Source of the DNA: an archaeon
Lineage (GTDB): Archaea; Iainarchaeota; Iainarchaeia; Iainarchaeales; DTGL01
Length of the DNA: 64,000 bases
NCBI GenBank assembly: GCA_029258755.1
Contig: JAPDKC010000009.1
Span: 46,967-110,966, forward strand
Reading direction: 5' to 3'
Part shown: positions 35,939-46,223 of the stretch, piece after piece
How positions within the stretch are numbered: position 1 is the first letter of the stretch
Layout of the letters: each line of letters starts with the position of its first letter
Position numbers and translations under genes: made by a program
Notes under the pieces: generated by a model
Told to the model about the DNA's origin: nothing
Seen by the model: the letters and a program-made list of their open reading frames with translations, nothing else
The model's database searches: none

Positions 35939-36954
35939 ACGAACAACAAGTACTGCTTTTTCTCATAATATTCGGAATTACTTTATGCTCTATCATGATA
36001 GAGCGCAACACTCTTTACGATTTGCAGCCTTCAAAGAGCTATGTTGAATATGCGATTAGAAAAGGGTTAAATTTCTTGTACCTCAAACAACGTTTTTGGG
36101 GGGAATTTGCCACTTACAGATGCAAGCAAAACTATTGCTATTTTGATAGCTCACCATTTGTTACTACCTTCGTTCTGTACTCTCTTAAAGATATAAACCA
36201 CTATAAAGCAAGGCGTATGATTAGTAAGGGGGTCTCCTTTCTATTAAGCGAAAAAGAGCCTGGTGGAATATGGCGTTATTGGAGCTCGCATAATAGCAAA
36301 ACATTGCCTCCTGATTTAGATGATACTGCAGTTGCATCATTCATTCTAAAACACTATAGACATTATTTTGAAGACAATCTTAATGTTTTTCTGAACAATC
36401 GTGATGAAAAGGGGCTATTTCAAACCTGGTTATGGGCTGATTCTAAAATCCGCTCTAATGATACAGATTGTGTAGTAAACGCCAATGTTTTACTCTATTT
36501 AGGAGATAGGCCAGAAACTGCAGCAGCATGCAAATTCATTAATGATGCCATTAAAAAAGAGCTTGACTGTTCCGTTTATTATCCGAATCGTCTTGTGTTT
36601 TACTATATGGTTTCAAGGGCCTATGCAAATGGGACAACCTGTTTAAAAGAAAGCAAAGAGAAAATAATTAAGGACACGCTTAAGCGTATGAAAAAAGACG
36701 GTTCGTTTGGCGATGAACTCAACACTGCCCTAGCAATTAATATCATATACAATTTGGATTCTAATTATAGAAATCTTGGAGATTCCATTAAATATCTGCT
36801 TAGAACCCAGAAGGCGGATGGCTCATGGGCCAGAGGAGTATTCTTTATAGACCCGGGAAGATATGAATATGGTTCTGAAGAGCTTACAACAGCCCTTGTA
36901 TTGGAAGCTCTGCAAAAATATTTGATGTCAAAAAGCATAACAATTATAAATTAA
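35923..36954 (+). CDS. Prenyltransferase/terpene-cyclase-like (alpha-alpha toroid, QW-type repeats) protein
   Basis: Repeated DGSW / DGSFG motifs (KKDGSFGDE; QKADGSWARG) and PGGIWRYW. Confidence 0.45.
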   Translation: MAKSMNEQQVLLFLIIFGITLCSIMIERNTLYDLQPSKSYVEYAIRKGLNFLYLKQRFWGEFATYRCKQNYCYFDSSPFVTTFVLYSLKDINHYKARRMISKGVSFLLSEKEPGGIWRYWSSHNSKTLPPDLDDTAVASFILKHYRHYFEDNLNVFLNNRDEKGLFQTWLWADSKIRSNDTDCVVNANVLLYLGDRPETAAACKFINDAIKKELDCSVYYPNRLVFYYMVSRAYANGTTCLKESKEKIIKDTLKRMKKDGSFGDELNTALAINIIYNLDSNYRNLGDSIKYLLRTQKADGSWARGVFFIDPGRYEYGSEELTTALVLEALQKYLMSKSITIIN

Positions 36955-36969
36955 AATTTCCTATTCAAT

Positions 36970-38784
36970 TTGAGCTCTATGAGTGTGCTGAACAACATTT
37001 CGTTCAACCTAGTTTGGGAGCTTGGGTTAATTATAGTTGTTGCTGCAATATTCAATTATATTGCAAAAAGATTGAGGCAGCCCACTCTTTTAGCCTATAT
37101 AATCGCGGGCATAGTGATAAGCCCCCACTTTTTGGATTTTCTTTCCACTCAATTCTCAATAGATCTTACCTTTTTGAGTATAGCAAATACGCGTGACATA
37201 GGTTTGCTATCAAACTTAGGCGTAGCTTTCCTCCTCTTTTCTGTTGGCATAGAATCGGATTTTTTGAAGCTTAAGGACTTTGGTAAGCTCGCTGTTTTAG
37301 GCGGCTGCTTGCAAGTAGCCCTTACCGCACTTTTTACCTATGTTCTGTCTTTTTACACAGGAATACTCAACTTTACCGAAGCGATATATCTGTCAGCGAT
37401 ACTTGCCTTTTCCTCCACAATGATTGTCGTTAAGCTTCTTTCAGATAGCTTTACTATAGATACGCTGCACGGCAGAATAATGCTCGGCTTCCTCTTGGTG
37501 CAGGATGTTCTTGTTGTTCTGGTTATGCCTATACTTGCCAAGCTTAGTTTTATATTGGACGTGCATAGCTTGTTGAACTTTGCAGTTGCCGGCGCTTCGC
37601 TTATGATTCTTGCTTTGTTAGCAAGCAGGTTTTTATACCCTAAGATATTTGGCTTTTCAGCAAAAGGTACAGAGATGCTCTTTTTAGGTTCACTTTCAAT
37701 ATGTTTCATCTTTATGTTTTTGGCTGATTATTTAGGTATTTCCATAGCGATAGGTGCATTTATAGCTGGCTTAAGCCTATCTGTTCTGCCCTATAACTTT
37801 GAAATATATGATGAAATTCGTGGCGTGCGCGACTTCTTTGTTACGATATTCTTTGTCACATTAGGAATGCAGCTAAACATATTCCAACTTTCAAACAACT
37901 TTGCACTCTTAGCTATCTCGCTTTTGATAGTTTTCTTCATAAAGCCGCTTATCTTTTACCTCTTATGTTTGCTTGCTGGCTACGGGAGAAATATTTCACT
38001 TATGGTTGCTTTAGGCCTAAGCCAGGTTTCTGAGTTTTCATTTCTTTTGGTTGGTCAGGGCTTAGCTCAGCAGATGGTATCGCAAAACTTTTACTCCACA
38101 GTTATCTTCGTAATAGGCCTTTCTATGGTTGTTACTCCGTACTTTTTCAAGTATAGGGAGGTTTTCCTTGATTTGGGGGAAAGGTTTGCGGCAATGGTTC
38201 CAATAAAGCTGAAGAAAGAGTTCTTCAATAAAAAGGTTAAGCCATTGGAAGAAGTTGCAGAGCAAAAGGGCCATATAGTTATTGTTGGCGGTGGCGTAGT
38301 AGGCGCTTCCATTGCAAGGTTTTTGAAGGGCGAGCCACTTATAATAGTTGACCATGATCCCGATGTTGTTGCCATGCTAAGAAAGGAAGGTTTTAATTCT
38401 GTCTATGGTGAAGCTGAAAATAAGACACTTTGGAGCAAGCTCAATCTGAAGGAAGCAAAGATGCTTGTGTTAGCGATACCTCAGTTTGAAGCAACCATGC
38501 GCTTGCTTAACTATGCAAGGCAGCTTAATCCAAAGCTTGCGATATTTGCAAGAGCGCATACATATGAGGAAGCAAAACAGCTTTATGAAAACGGTGCCGA
38601 TTTTGTATGTATGCCAGAAGCCGCGGGCTCGAATGTTTTGATAAGGGAGATTGCAGAGTATTTAAATACAGGTTCTTTGAGGCATGTTCGCGCACTTAAA
38701 GATGAACTACTCAAACATCTTGAAGAAGCGGCAAAGAAACAGCCAAAGAAGAAGCCCTATAACGCTAAGCACCACTTCATTTAG
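36970..38784 (+). CDS. CPA2 (Kef-type) cation/proton antiporter with C-terminal TrkA-N/RCK domain
   Basis: About 12 TM helices, then the Rossmann motif GHIVIVGGGVVGASIARFL. Confidence 0.8.
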   Translation: MSSMSVLNNISFNLVWELGLIIVVAAIFNYIAKRLRQPTLLAYIIAGIVISPHFLDFLSTQFSIDLTFLSIANTRDIGLLSNLGVAFLLFSVGIESDFLKLKDFGKLAVLGGCLQVALTALFTYVLSFYTGILNFTEAIYLSAILAFSSTMIVVKLLSDSFTIDTLHGRIMLGFLLVQDVLVVLVMPILAKLSFILDVHSLLNFAVAGASLMILALLASRFLYPKIFGFSAKGTEMLFLGSLSICFIFMFLADYLGISIAIGAFIAGLSLSVLPYNFEIYDEIRGVRDFFVTIFFVTLGMQLNIFQLSNNFALLAISLLIVFFIKPLIFYLLCLLAGYGRNISLMVALGLSQVSEFSFLLVGQGLAQQMVSQNFYSTVIFVIGLSMVVTPYFFKYREVFLDLGERFAAMVPIKLKKEFFNKKVKPLEEVAEQKGHIVIVGGGVVGASIARFLKGEPLIIVDHDPDVVAMLRKEGFNSVYGEAENKTLWSKLNLKEAKMLVLAIPQFEATMRLLNYARQLNPKLAIFARAHTYEEAKQLYENGADFVCMPEAAGSNVLIREIAEYLNTGSLRHVRALKDELLKHLEEAAKKQPKKKPYNAKHHFI

Positions 38785-39232
38785 CTTTGCTTTTTTCAAT
38801 GATGAGTTCTAGCACGCCGTTATTGAAGCTTCTTTTCGTCGATTCTGGCTTTACGGTGCATTTTAGAGGAATCTCTTTATAGTACCTAGCATAATCTTCA
38901 TCGGCAGCAATTCTAACCCAATCAGGCCTTACATCAACAATAATGCTTTCTTCCTTTACGCCAGGAAGCATCGCTAAAATATGAACGCAATCCTTTTCGT
39001 ATCTCACCTCATAGAAGGGCTTTACCCCAAAACGAATTCTCTTTCTACAAGGCCTGCTTTTTCTGGGTTTTCTACCAGGTCCAAACTTTATCGTAAAGCC
39101 CATAGCGAATGGCTTTGAATGATGCAAAGCATTCTGTAGCTCAGGCATATCTAGGAAAAATTCATTTATTATATTTGCAAGCTTTCGCTGGAACTTTTCC
39201 ATATTATTTGTTTTCTTCCTTTTGCGATGCAC
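38777..39232 (-). CDS. Hsp20/alpha-crystallin family small heat-shock protein
   Basis: C-terminal NGVLELIIEKS motif and a central beta-sandwich region. The likely start is MEKFQRK. Confidence 0.55.
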   Translation of the reverse strand: MHRKRKKTNNMEKFQRKLANIINEFFLDMPELQNALHHSKPFAMGFTIKFGPGRKPRKSRPCRKRIRFGVKPFYEVRYEKDCVHILAMLPGVKEESIIVDVRPDWVRIAADEDYARYYKEIPLKCTVKPESTKRSFNNGVLELIIEKSKAK

Positions 39233-39897
39233 TAAAAATCACCCAAAGTTTTTTGCAACATCTTATCGAGCGCTTTAATATTTGGCTGCCAGTATATTCT
39301 TGCACATTCTGGCAGTTTTGAATGCTCTGCCACCCATTTTTGCACAAATCTTTGGGTTAGCGGATCGTGCCAATAGCCAGAGCCTAGCTCGCCATATTTT
39401 TTCTTTAGTTTTTCTATCTCTGCATCGCGAGCAACTTTTGCTATAATTGATGCAGCACTTACTATTGCATGCTCTTTATCAGCGAAATGCTGAGCCCTAA
39501 TAATTAGGTTGAAGGGAAGATATTTTTTAATTCTTTGTGCGAAGTTGTTTGCGATAATGTCTGGTGAGTCAACTATAAGCAAAGCTGGCTTTTTTTCGAG
39601 CTTTTGGATAAGCTTAGCTGCTTTCATTGCTTCAATCTCATTTAACGATTTCCTTGGCATAAGTTCGTTTAGCTCGTTCACTTCGATCTTTTCTACAGCG
39701 CACTTTTCGGCAATGTTTTCTATCTCTTTAGCTAAGCGCAAACGTTCCTTTTTGCTCAGCTCCTTTGAATCCTTTACGCCAAGCTCCATTAGCTGTTCTT
39801 CTTGCTCCTTATCTGCTAAAACAGCAGCCATAACCAAAGGGCCTAAAGCGGAGCCCCTGCCGGCTTCATCAATGCCTGCTAAAAATATTTTCTCCAT
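39232..39897 (-). CDS. rnhB: Ribonuclease HII
   Basis: GIDEAGRGSALGPLVMAAV active-site motif and DSK. Confidence 0.9.
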   Translation of the reverse strand: MEKIFLAGIDEAGRGSALGPLVMAAVLADKEQEEQLMELGVKDSKELSKKERLRLAKEIENIAEKCAVEKIEVNELNELMPRKSLNEIEAMKAAKLIQKLEKKPALLIVDSPDIIANNFAQRIKKYLPFNLIIRAQHFADKEHAIVSAASIIAKVARDAEIEKLKKKYGELGSGYWHDPLTQRFVQKWVAEHSKLPECARIYWQPNIKALDKMLQKTLGDF

Positions 39898-39959
39898 CGA
39901 AAAACTTCAATTAGAATAAATTTAAAAATGCTTCATTAAAGAATTATTTTAAACTGCTT

Positions 39960-40229
39960 TTGGTGATTGTTGTGGAAGGGGTTATAAAAAATTATAGAAG
40001 AGGTAGGCATACGCAAAATACGAAGCAAGCGATAATAGAAATCCCCGGCGTTGATAGCAGAGCCAAGGCATTTTCGCTTATAGGAAAAAAAGTACAATAC
40101 AAAACGCCTAGTGGCAAAATAATAACCGGAAAAATAACAGCAGCTCATGGCAATAGTGGTGCTGTGAGGGCACGCTTTTCAAAGGGCTTGCCTGGCCAAG
40201 CCATTGGCTCAAAAGTTCAGATTCTGTGA
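39960..40229 (+). CDS. rpl35ae: Ribosomal protein L35Ae
   Basis: HGNSGAVRARFSKGLPGQAIGSKV closely matches archaeal L35Ae. Confidence 0.85.
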   Translation: MVIVVEGVIKNYRRGRHTQNTKQAIIEIPGVDSRAKAFSLIGKKVQYKTPSGKIITGKITAAHGNSGAVRARFSKGLPGQAIGSKVQIL

Positions 40230-40510
40230 GGAAACGCCCTATTTACTATATCCACTTCCTTATTGCAAGCGTTGCATTTTTGCTTCAGGTCCATGCAAAA
40301 TCTCTTAAGCTCAAGGGCTTTTTTAATATCGCTTGCTTGAGCATTCTTAGCCCTAAGCTCGTTATAAAGGTTTTCATAATGAGCTATTAGCTTTTCTAGA
40401 ATTTCTTGCACCTGGCTTTTTTCATTTCCTTCAAATAGGTCTTTGCGGCCAAAGCAGAGCAAGCATTTACGTTTTGCCTGCATAACCAACTGTTCAGCGA
40501 TATTTTCCAT
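40217..40510 (-). CDS. Hypothetical small protein
   Basis: 97-aa ORF, helical, with several Cys. Confidence 0.3.
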   Translation of the reverse strand: MENIAEQLVMQAKRKCLLCFGRKDLFEGNEKSQVQEILEKLIAHYENLYNELRAKNAQASDIKKALELKRFCMDLKQKCNACNKEVDIVNRAFPHRI

Positions 40511-40550
40511 AAGATTACTTATTAATTAAAAGAATAAAAAGGTAGCAGCT

Positions 40551-41468
40551 TTAAGCTGCTACATCTATACCAAGTTCCTTCTTAAGCTCGCGGTATCTGT
40601 TACGAATTGTTACTTCTGTAACGCCGGCAACATTTGCTACCTCTTTCTGGGTTCTGCGCTCGCCCATAAGCAAGCTAGCTATATAGACAGCCGCTGCAGC
40701 AACACCTGTTGGACCTCTGCCACTTATAAGACCTTTCTTTATTGCCTTCTCTATAATCTCTCTGCCTTTTTCCTGCACCTCGCCGCTCAAGTTAAGCTCG
40801 GTTGCAAACCTTGGAATGTAGTGTATCGGATTTGTAAGCGGCACATCAAGCTTTAGCTCTCTTACCAAGAACCTGTAAGTTCTGCCAATCTCTTTCTTCG
40901 TAAGCCCGGAAGCTTCTGCCATCTCATTGAGGGTTCTAGGCACTTGGTAAGTTCTGCACACGGCATACAGTATTGCGGCTACAACCGCTTCAATAAGCCT
41001 GCCTCTAATAAGGCCTTTCTCAACTGTTTTTCTGTAAAGCAAAGCCGCTGCTTCTACCAGGGACTCAGGAATGTTCAAATAGCTAGCTATTCTGCGCATT
41101 TCCGTAAGCGCTATGCTCAGGTTTCTTTCCATTGAAGAGCTTACAGAGGCTCTCTTATGCCACTTTATAAGCCTGTACATCTGCGCCTTGCCCGTATTTG
41201 AAAGCTTATTTCCGCGCAAGTCACGACCTTTGCGATCTATCATGGTTACTAGGCCTTTGTTAAGCTTTACATACTTCTTAGGTGAACCCGTTCTGGCACG
41301 CTGCTCAAACTGTTCAGAATCAAAAGAGCGCCATTCTTTGCCCAAATCCACCATATCTTCTGTAATTACTAGACCGCATTTTTCACAGACAATCTCACCT
41401 CTAGAAGAATCTTTTCTAAGCTTTTTGGAACCACATTCTGGGCATTTAGCCACATTCATAAAAACCAC
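40551..41468 (-). CDS. tfb: Transcription initiation factor IIB (TFB)
   Basis: N-terminal Zn-ribbon CPECGS...CEKCG, then two cyclin-fold repeats. Confidence 0.95.
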   Translation of the reverse strand: MVFMNVAKCPECGSKKLRKDSSRGEIVCEKCGLVITEDMVDLGKEWRSFDSEQFEQRARTGSPKKYVKLNKGLVTMIDRKGRDLRGNKLSNTGKAQMYRLIKWHKRASVSSSMERNLSIALTEMRRIASYLNIPESLVEAAALLYRKTVEKGLIRGRLIEAVVAAILYAVCRTYQVPRTLNEMAEASGLTKKEIGRTYRFLVRELKLDVPLTNPIHYIPRFATELNLSGEVQEKGREIIEKAIKKGLISGRGPTGVAAAAVYIASLLMGERRTQKEVANVAGVTEVTIRNRYRELKKELGIDVAA

Positions 41469-41744
41469 CCTCCCTAACTAAAAATTTAGATGCAAAGAGC
41501 AAGCCTCTCGCCATTTTTTTGCCTGAGAAAAAAAGATACCTTTATATAATTAACTGTTGCTTTTCTACTATTTAAACCTTTCGGTTAAGCGTTGCTGTCA
41601 AGTTATTAGGGCTTTAAATCTATAATGTTTTAATTTTTAAAAACGACGGCTTTTAGCGTATAAAGAATTCCCTAGCAATAACTTGGCATTGTTCCGAAAA
41701 CGTTAGAATTAAAAAAAGTTTAAACTATTTGTTGTAAGATTCTT

Positions 41745-43175
41745 ATGCCAGCAGATCTTAAACAAGCAATAGTTAATTTAGAGCATTATCTCAACTCATG
41801 GAAAGACTTTGCTCATGGACTCCACACTTACATAATTACACCGCGCTGTATGGAACTTGCCGTAATAGCTCCCGACAGTGTTTCACAGGCAGCGCTTATA
41901 ATGGGTCATCTAAACCTCTATGAGAAAACCTCTAACAATAAGTATTTGGAAGAAGCTATGAAAGAGGCGGAATACCTTGTAAATAACTATTTGTGGGAAG
42001 TAAGTTTCTATCACAACTCCTGCTTTGAGCAAAAGCCAGCAGGCAGAGAAGCGTATACAACGCTATTCGGCAATGCTTATGCAACGCTTGCCCTATTCAG
42101 ATTATGTAGAATTCTTAAAGGAAAAGACATCACTTACACTACCTTCTTTAATGTTGCAAAAAATAACATAGAGCGCTTCATAATGGGAAAGTGCTGGGAC
42201 GATAAGAAAAGCTTTTTAGAATACAGCTATGGAAAGCAGGTTTTTAACCTAAGTTCGGCGAGCTTTGCTATAAGAGCACTAATTGAATATGCAAAGCTCA
42301 TTGAAAACGATTCTTTAATAGAACGCTACTGCAAACCTGCCGCCTACCAAATACTGCGCTTCCAGTACAAAAACGGTTGCTTCACATACGATGAAAGGGA
42401 CGAGATAGCCCCACTATTCCACTGTGCATTGACCATAAGGGGACTTATGGAGTTATATAGAATAACAAAAGATGAAAAACTGTTTGTGAATGCTAGGGAT
42501 GCTGCTGCTTTTATCTCCCGCAAGATGCACCCAAAAGAGAAGCTTTTCTACTATGGCTATCGTGGAGAGCGCTTCTTGAGGTTTCCCCTCTACGTAGCTC
42601 AAAGCGCCGTTATAGCTTCTGTACTTAAAGAGTTCTCGAACTATAAGTCCAAATTTGAGGCAGCTGATGAAGTGTTGAAAAGCGTCCTTTCTTGCCAATA
42701 TTCAAATGGTGCCTTGCCATCATTTAATACATACTATAACATCTTCGAAAAAACTGAGAGTGCTAAAGCCAAAGAGAAACGCTGGCAGGATGTTTTACCA
42801 TGTCCCTGTTGGAATGCCTTAGCATTTGAATATTTGACAGAGCTTATCCCGCAAGGCGCGAAAATGCCCATGGTAAGCGCTCTATTTCCTTGCGAGTATG
42901 AATCAAGCAGGTATACAATAAAAGAACGTGAAGCCACTTTGGTATTTTTTGAGAGGGATGGCTCTCTAGCAGCAAAATGGTTCAAAAAGCAGGACATATG
43001 GCGATTTGGCAAGCTTTATGTGGGCGCTAGGAAAAGAAGAAGTAAAGCTTCTAAGAGAGCAATGCGTAAAGCAGAAAAAATAGAAGTATCAGTAAAAAAA
43101 GAAGAAAAGCCAGTAAAGAAAGCGTTGCCTAAGAAAAAAAAGAAGCCGTTTTTAAGCCTCCTATTTAAGAAGTAG
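41745..43175 (+). CDS. Hypothetical protein (helical repeat / toroid-like) with Lys-rich C-terminal tail
   Basis: 476-aa ORF with no catalytic motif recognised. The C-terminus is KKKKKPFLSLLFKK. Confidence 0.4.
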   Translation: MPADLKQAIVNLEHYLNSWKDFAHGLHTYIITPRCMELAVIAPDSVSQAALIMGHLNLYEKTSNNKYLEEAMKEAEYLVNNYLWEVSFYHNSCFEQKPAGREAYTTLFGNAYATLALFRLCRILKGKDITYTTFFNVAKNNIERFIMGKCWDDKKSFLEYSYGKQVFNLSSASFAIRALIEYAKLIENDSLIERYCKPAAYQILRFQYKNGCFTYDERDEIAPLFHCALTIRGLMELYRITKDEKLFVNARDAAAFISRKMHPKEKLFYYGYRGERFLRFPLYVAQSAVIASVLKEFSNYKSKFEAADEVLKSVLSCQYSNGALPSFNTYYNIFEKTESAKAKEKRWQDVLPCPCWNALAFEYLTELIPQGAKMPMVSALFPCEYESSRYTIKEREATLVFFERDGSLAAKWFKKQDIWRFGKLYVGARKRRSKASKRAMRKAEKIEVSVKKEEKPVKKALPKKKKKPFLSLLFKK

Positions 43176-43208
43176 CGTTTTGAATAATATCTTCTTTAGG
43201 TATCATGG

Positions 43209-43781
43209 ATGGACAGGGTTGAATTTGTCTTAACCAATGCTCGCGGAAAAATCCTCGATGTAGGTTTTAATGCTTGCTCTCTTCACGAAAAGATTTTGAA
43301 GAGGTTTGGGAAGAGCAAGGTTTTTGGCATAGATATAGTGATTGAAAAGCATTATAGAGGAAACTATGTAAAGGCAGATGCACAGGCAATGCCGTTTAAG
43401 AATGAGGCCTTTGATTGCATTGTTGCAGGCGAACTAATAGAGCATCTTGAGAAGCCCGAACTTTTTGTACAGGAAGCCAAACGCGTGCTTAAGGAAGGGG
43501 GTACTCTTATAATCACTACCCCCAACAAAAACAGCTTAATAAATAGGCTCTTTCATTCTTATGAAGCACCTTTGCACTACTCTTTATTTTCCAAGGAAGA
43601 GCTCTTCCAAATGCTAAAAAAGAGTGGATTTAAAGTGGTTAAGTTCGTATGCTTTCCTTATACTGAAGAAAGTAGCTCTGGCTCAAGGCATAAAAAGCTT
43701 TTCTTTTTAAGAAAACTCTTGCATAGGTTTTTACCACAATGCTTGCAAGAAAATATGTGTGTGGTTGCGGTAAAGCAATAG
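43209..43781 (+). CDS. Class I SAM-dependent methyltransferase
   Basis: ILDVGFNACS motif I region and the MT-11 type motif DCIVAGELIEHL. Confidence 0.6.
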   Translation: MDRVEFVLTNARGKILDVGFNACSLHEKILKRFGKSKVFGIDIVIEKHYRGNYVKADAQAMPFKNEAFDCIVAGELIEHLEKPELFVQEAKRVLKEGGTLIITTPNKNSLINRLFHSYEAPLHYSLFSKEELFQMLKKSGFKVVKFVCFPYTEESSSGSRHKKLFFLRKLLHRFLPQCLQENMCVVAVKQ

Positions 43782-43787
43782 CTGTCT

Positions 43788-44190
43788 TTATAATTTCTGT
43801 AAAAATTCCTTCGCAGTTATAATTGGAATTCCTCTAAATTTCTTCAACTTCAGCAGATGCTTATCTCCAGTTATGATAAACTCTGCGCCAGCGGCTATTG
43901 CACATTCTAAAACCTTGTTATCTGCTGGGTCATCTTTAATTATTGTAATTTTTTTCTTTAGGCACAACAACGCGGGTAATTAAACACCAATCTAGTAGAG
44001 CGTTCTCAATCTCCTCTTTTCCAATTTTATTTTGGAATTTTCGCTCAAGAACGAGTTTTAATTCCTTTAATATTTCCATACTTGTATATGCTACAATTTT
44101 TCCCTCTAAAATGTGTCTTAACAACCTGTATTCATTCCCTCTCCAGAACATTGCAGAGATCATAACATTGGTGTCTAAAACGACCTTCAT
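43788..44190 (-). pseudogene. vapC: VapC-like PIN toxin, interrupted by a frameshift
   Basis: N-terminal part MKVVLDTNVMISA (43936..44190) and C-terminal part ...EFIITGDKHLL (43788..43970) are in different frames. They overlap at a T7/A7 homopolymer. Confidence 0.6.
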
Positions 44191-44194
44191 TACA

Positions 44195-44449
44195 TCACTC
44201 TGCTCGAATTTCTGCTATCGCTTTTTCCACATCCTTCCTCGTGAGCCCTGCCTTCTTTACTTTCTTCCTTATTTTAGCAAAATCGGCAAGAATTTTTTCT
44301 TTACTCAATTTTCTCAAAACGATTGTTTCCCTATCAAGAGCCACAACTGTAAAAATACTATCTTCATTTACATTTAGAAACTCGCGTATCCGCTTGGGAA
44401 TCACCACCTGGCCGCGAGTACTCATTTTTGTAGTTTCCACAACCACCAT
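44195..44449 (-). CDS. vapB: AbrB/SpoVT-family antitoxin (VapB-like)
   Basis: MSTRGQVVIPKRIREFL is the SpoVT/AbrB swapped-hairpin signature. It sits 5 nt upstream of vapC. Confidence 0.7.
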   Translation of the reverse strand: MVVVETTKMSTRGQVVIPKRIREFLNVNEDSIFTVVALDRETIVLRKLSKEKILADFAKIRKKVKKAGLTRKDVEKAIAEIRAE

Positions 44450-44515
44450 CGAATCACCTATATGATGCTAAATAGAAAAGTTAATAAGATTTTCTTATTT
44501 GTAAGAAAAGCACAA

Positions 44516-45049
44516 TTATGTCCTTTTAAAAGATTCTTTTTCGAAAAATCCCCTGTGTTTATAAAACATCAGTATGAAAATAAGGGAAAGGGCTAAGTTG
44601 AAGATTGGAAATCCCACTAAAAAATAAAAGATGGGGTTAGCACCCAGTGCAGATTCCAACTCGTTGACCAACCTTATGGCAAAAGGTATCAAAAGCAGCT
44701 TATCTATAAAGACGAATGTACAAAAAGCGATACCAAATTTCCATGCCCAGCTGTGACATCGGTATATTAGGTATAAGAGAATCACCGCAACAGCAATTTG
44801 TATTAAAAATATTAAAACCGCCATTTGGCCAGAAACTATCTGACCTAACACAAAGATAGTGCTTTCAGAACTGAAATCGGATGAATATAATACCCAACCC
44901 AAACTAAACGCAATCCAAAAAAAGCAAAACTTAATTGAAAGGGGCAGTCGGTTAAAGGCTGTATCTTTAGACATAAAAAACCACCGCTTTTTGCTGTATT
45001 GCACAATTATTCCTTTTCCCAGCAGTATCTCCAACCATATTACACTCAT
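44516..45049 (-). CDS. Integral membrane protein, hypothetical
   Basis: 177 aa with about 5 TM helices. Confidence 0.4.
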   Translation of the reverse strand: MSVIWLEILLGKGIIVQYSKKRWFFMSKDTAFNRLPLSIKFCFFWIAFSLGWVLYSSDFSSESTIFVLGQIVSGQMAVLIFLIQIAVAVILLYLIYRCHSWAWKFGIAFCTFVFIDKLLLIPFAIRLVNELESALGANPIFYFLVGFPIFNLALSLIFILMFYKHRGFFEKESFKRT

Positions 45050-45206
45050 TCTTTAAATAAAAAGTTAACGCTCGTGAGAGTTATGCAACACAGCACTGTA
45101 CATTGTAATGTATAAATATTTATAAAGGTTTATACAGCCAGGTGTATAAGTATTTCGCATAGAGGATTGTTCACCAAAAACTCTTCATTTTTAATCATTT
45201 CCTTAA

Positions 45207-46172
45207 ATGGTTTTCTTGATGAAGAAGCTGTTAGCGCTTGTTGGCATAGCTTTGTTTGCACTTATTTTGCTCAGTATAGATTTGAATAAAATGCTAGCGT
45301 TTCTATCGAAAGCGGATCTAACGCTTATTGCTTTTGCAGTATTTATTTTGATCTTAACCATCGCGATCAGATGCGCAAAATGGTTTTTAATACTGAGGCA
45401 ACAGGGCATTGAGCTTAGCTTCTGGAAGGCGTTCAAATATTATTACATTGGGATTGTTTTAGGCACGTTCACGCCTGGGCGCATAGGGGATTTTATAAAA
45501 GCGCTTTACCTGAAAGAGCATGGCTTAGCAAAGGTTTTCGCTTGCGTGCTTGTAGATCGCTTAGCGGATATAGGCGTATTATTTTTTACAGGAATATTTG
45601 CTAGCATGCTTTTCTCCCTTTATTTCGGCATCGAAATCTTTTCCTCTGCAATGCTCCTGCTGCTCATTGTGCTGTTCTGCCTTGCAGCTTACATTTTCCT
45701 CAACGAACCTCTCTTAAAGAAGCTCCTCAAACCGTTCTATAACTACCTAGTTCCTGCAAGATTTAAGGGGCAGTTAAAGCAGGGCTTTGGTTCCTTTATG
45801 GAAACGAGTTATTCGATTCTGAAATCAAAGAGGTTGATAATTGCTGTGGTAGCAATAAGCTTCGCTTCTTGGGCGCTCTCAATCTATGCTGCTTACCTAA
45901 TAGCCCTAGCTCTAAACCTAAATGTTTCTTTAAGCTTTCTCTTCCTTGTAATCCCAGTCGTTATGCTTGTTATATTGATTCCGATAAGTATTTCAGGAAT
46001 AGGCACAAGGGACGCTAGCACAATACTTCTGTTTTCACTTATTGGAATTGCAGCAGAACAAGCGTTAGCGTTCTCGCTACTTTTCTTCTTTTCCTCTCTT
46101 GTTGTAGCTGCTTTAGGAATACCGCTTTTTATGAGCGAAAAAATAGAACTAAATATTTTTGCCTCGACCTAA
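45207..46172 (+). CDS. UPF0104 / lysylphosphatidylglycerol-synthase-TM-like (flippase-like) membrane protein
   Basis: About 8 TM helices and the conserved TPGRIGDF motif. Confidence 0.5.
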   Translation: MVFLMKKLLALVGIALFALILLSIDLNKMLAFLSKADLTLIAFAVFILILTIAIRCAKWFLILRQQGIELSFWKAFKYYYIGIVLGTFTPGRIGDFIKALYLKEHGLAKVFACVLVDRLADIGVLFFTGIFASMLFSLYFGIEIFSSAMLLLLIVLFCLAAYIFLNEPLLKKLLKPFYNYLVPARFKGQLKQGFGSFMETSYSILKSKRLIIAVVAISFASWALSIYAAYLIALALNLNVSLSFLFLVIPVVMLVILIPISISGIGTRDASTILLFSLIGIAAEQALAFSLLFFFSSLVVAALGIPLFMSEKIELNIFAST

Positions 46173-46223
46173 TCAGGAATCTTAACAAGCAATGTATAAA
46201 ATTTTAACCCTCTTGCAATTTAT

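Noticed and set aside
41540-41560. TATA-like element (cctttatataat) as the promoter of tfb or of the 41745 gene
   Set aside because: It lies about 85 nt from the tfb start and about 190 nt from the plus-strand gene. That is too far for a canonical -26 TATA, so it is not reported as a feature.
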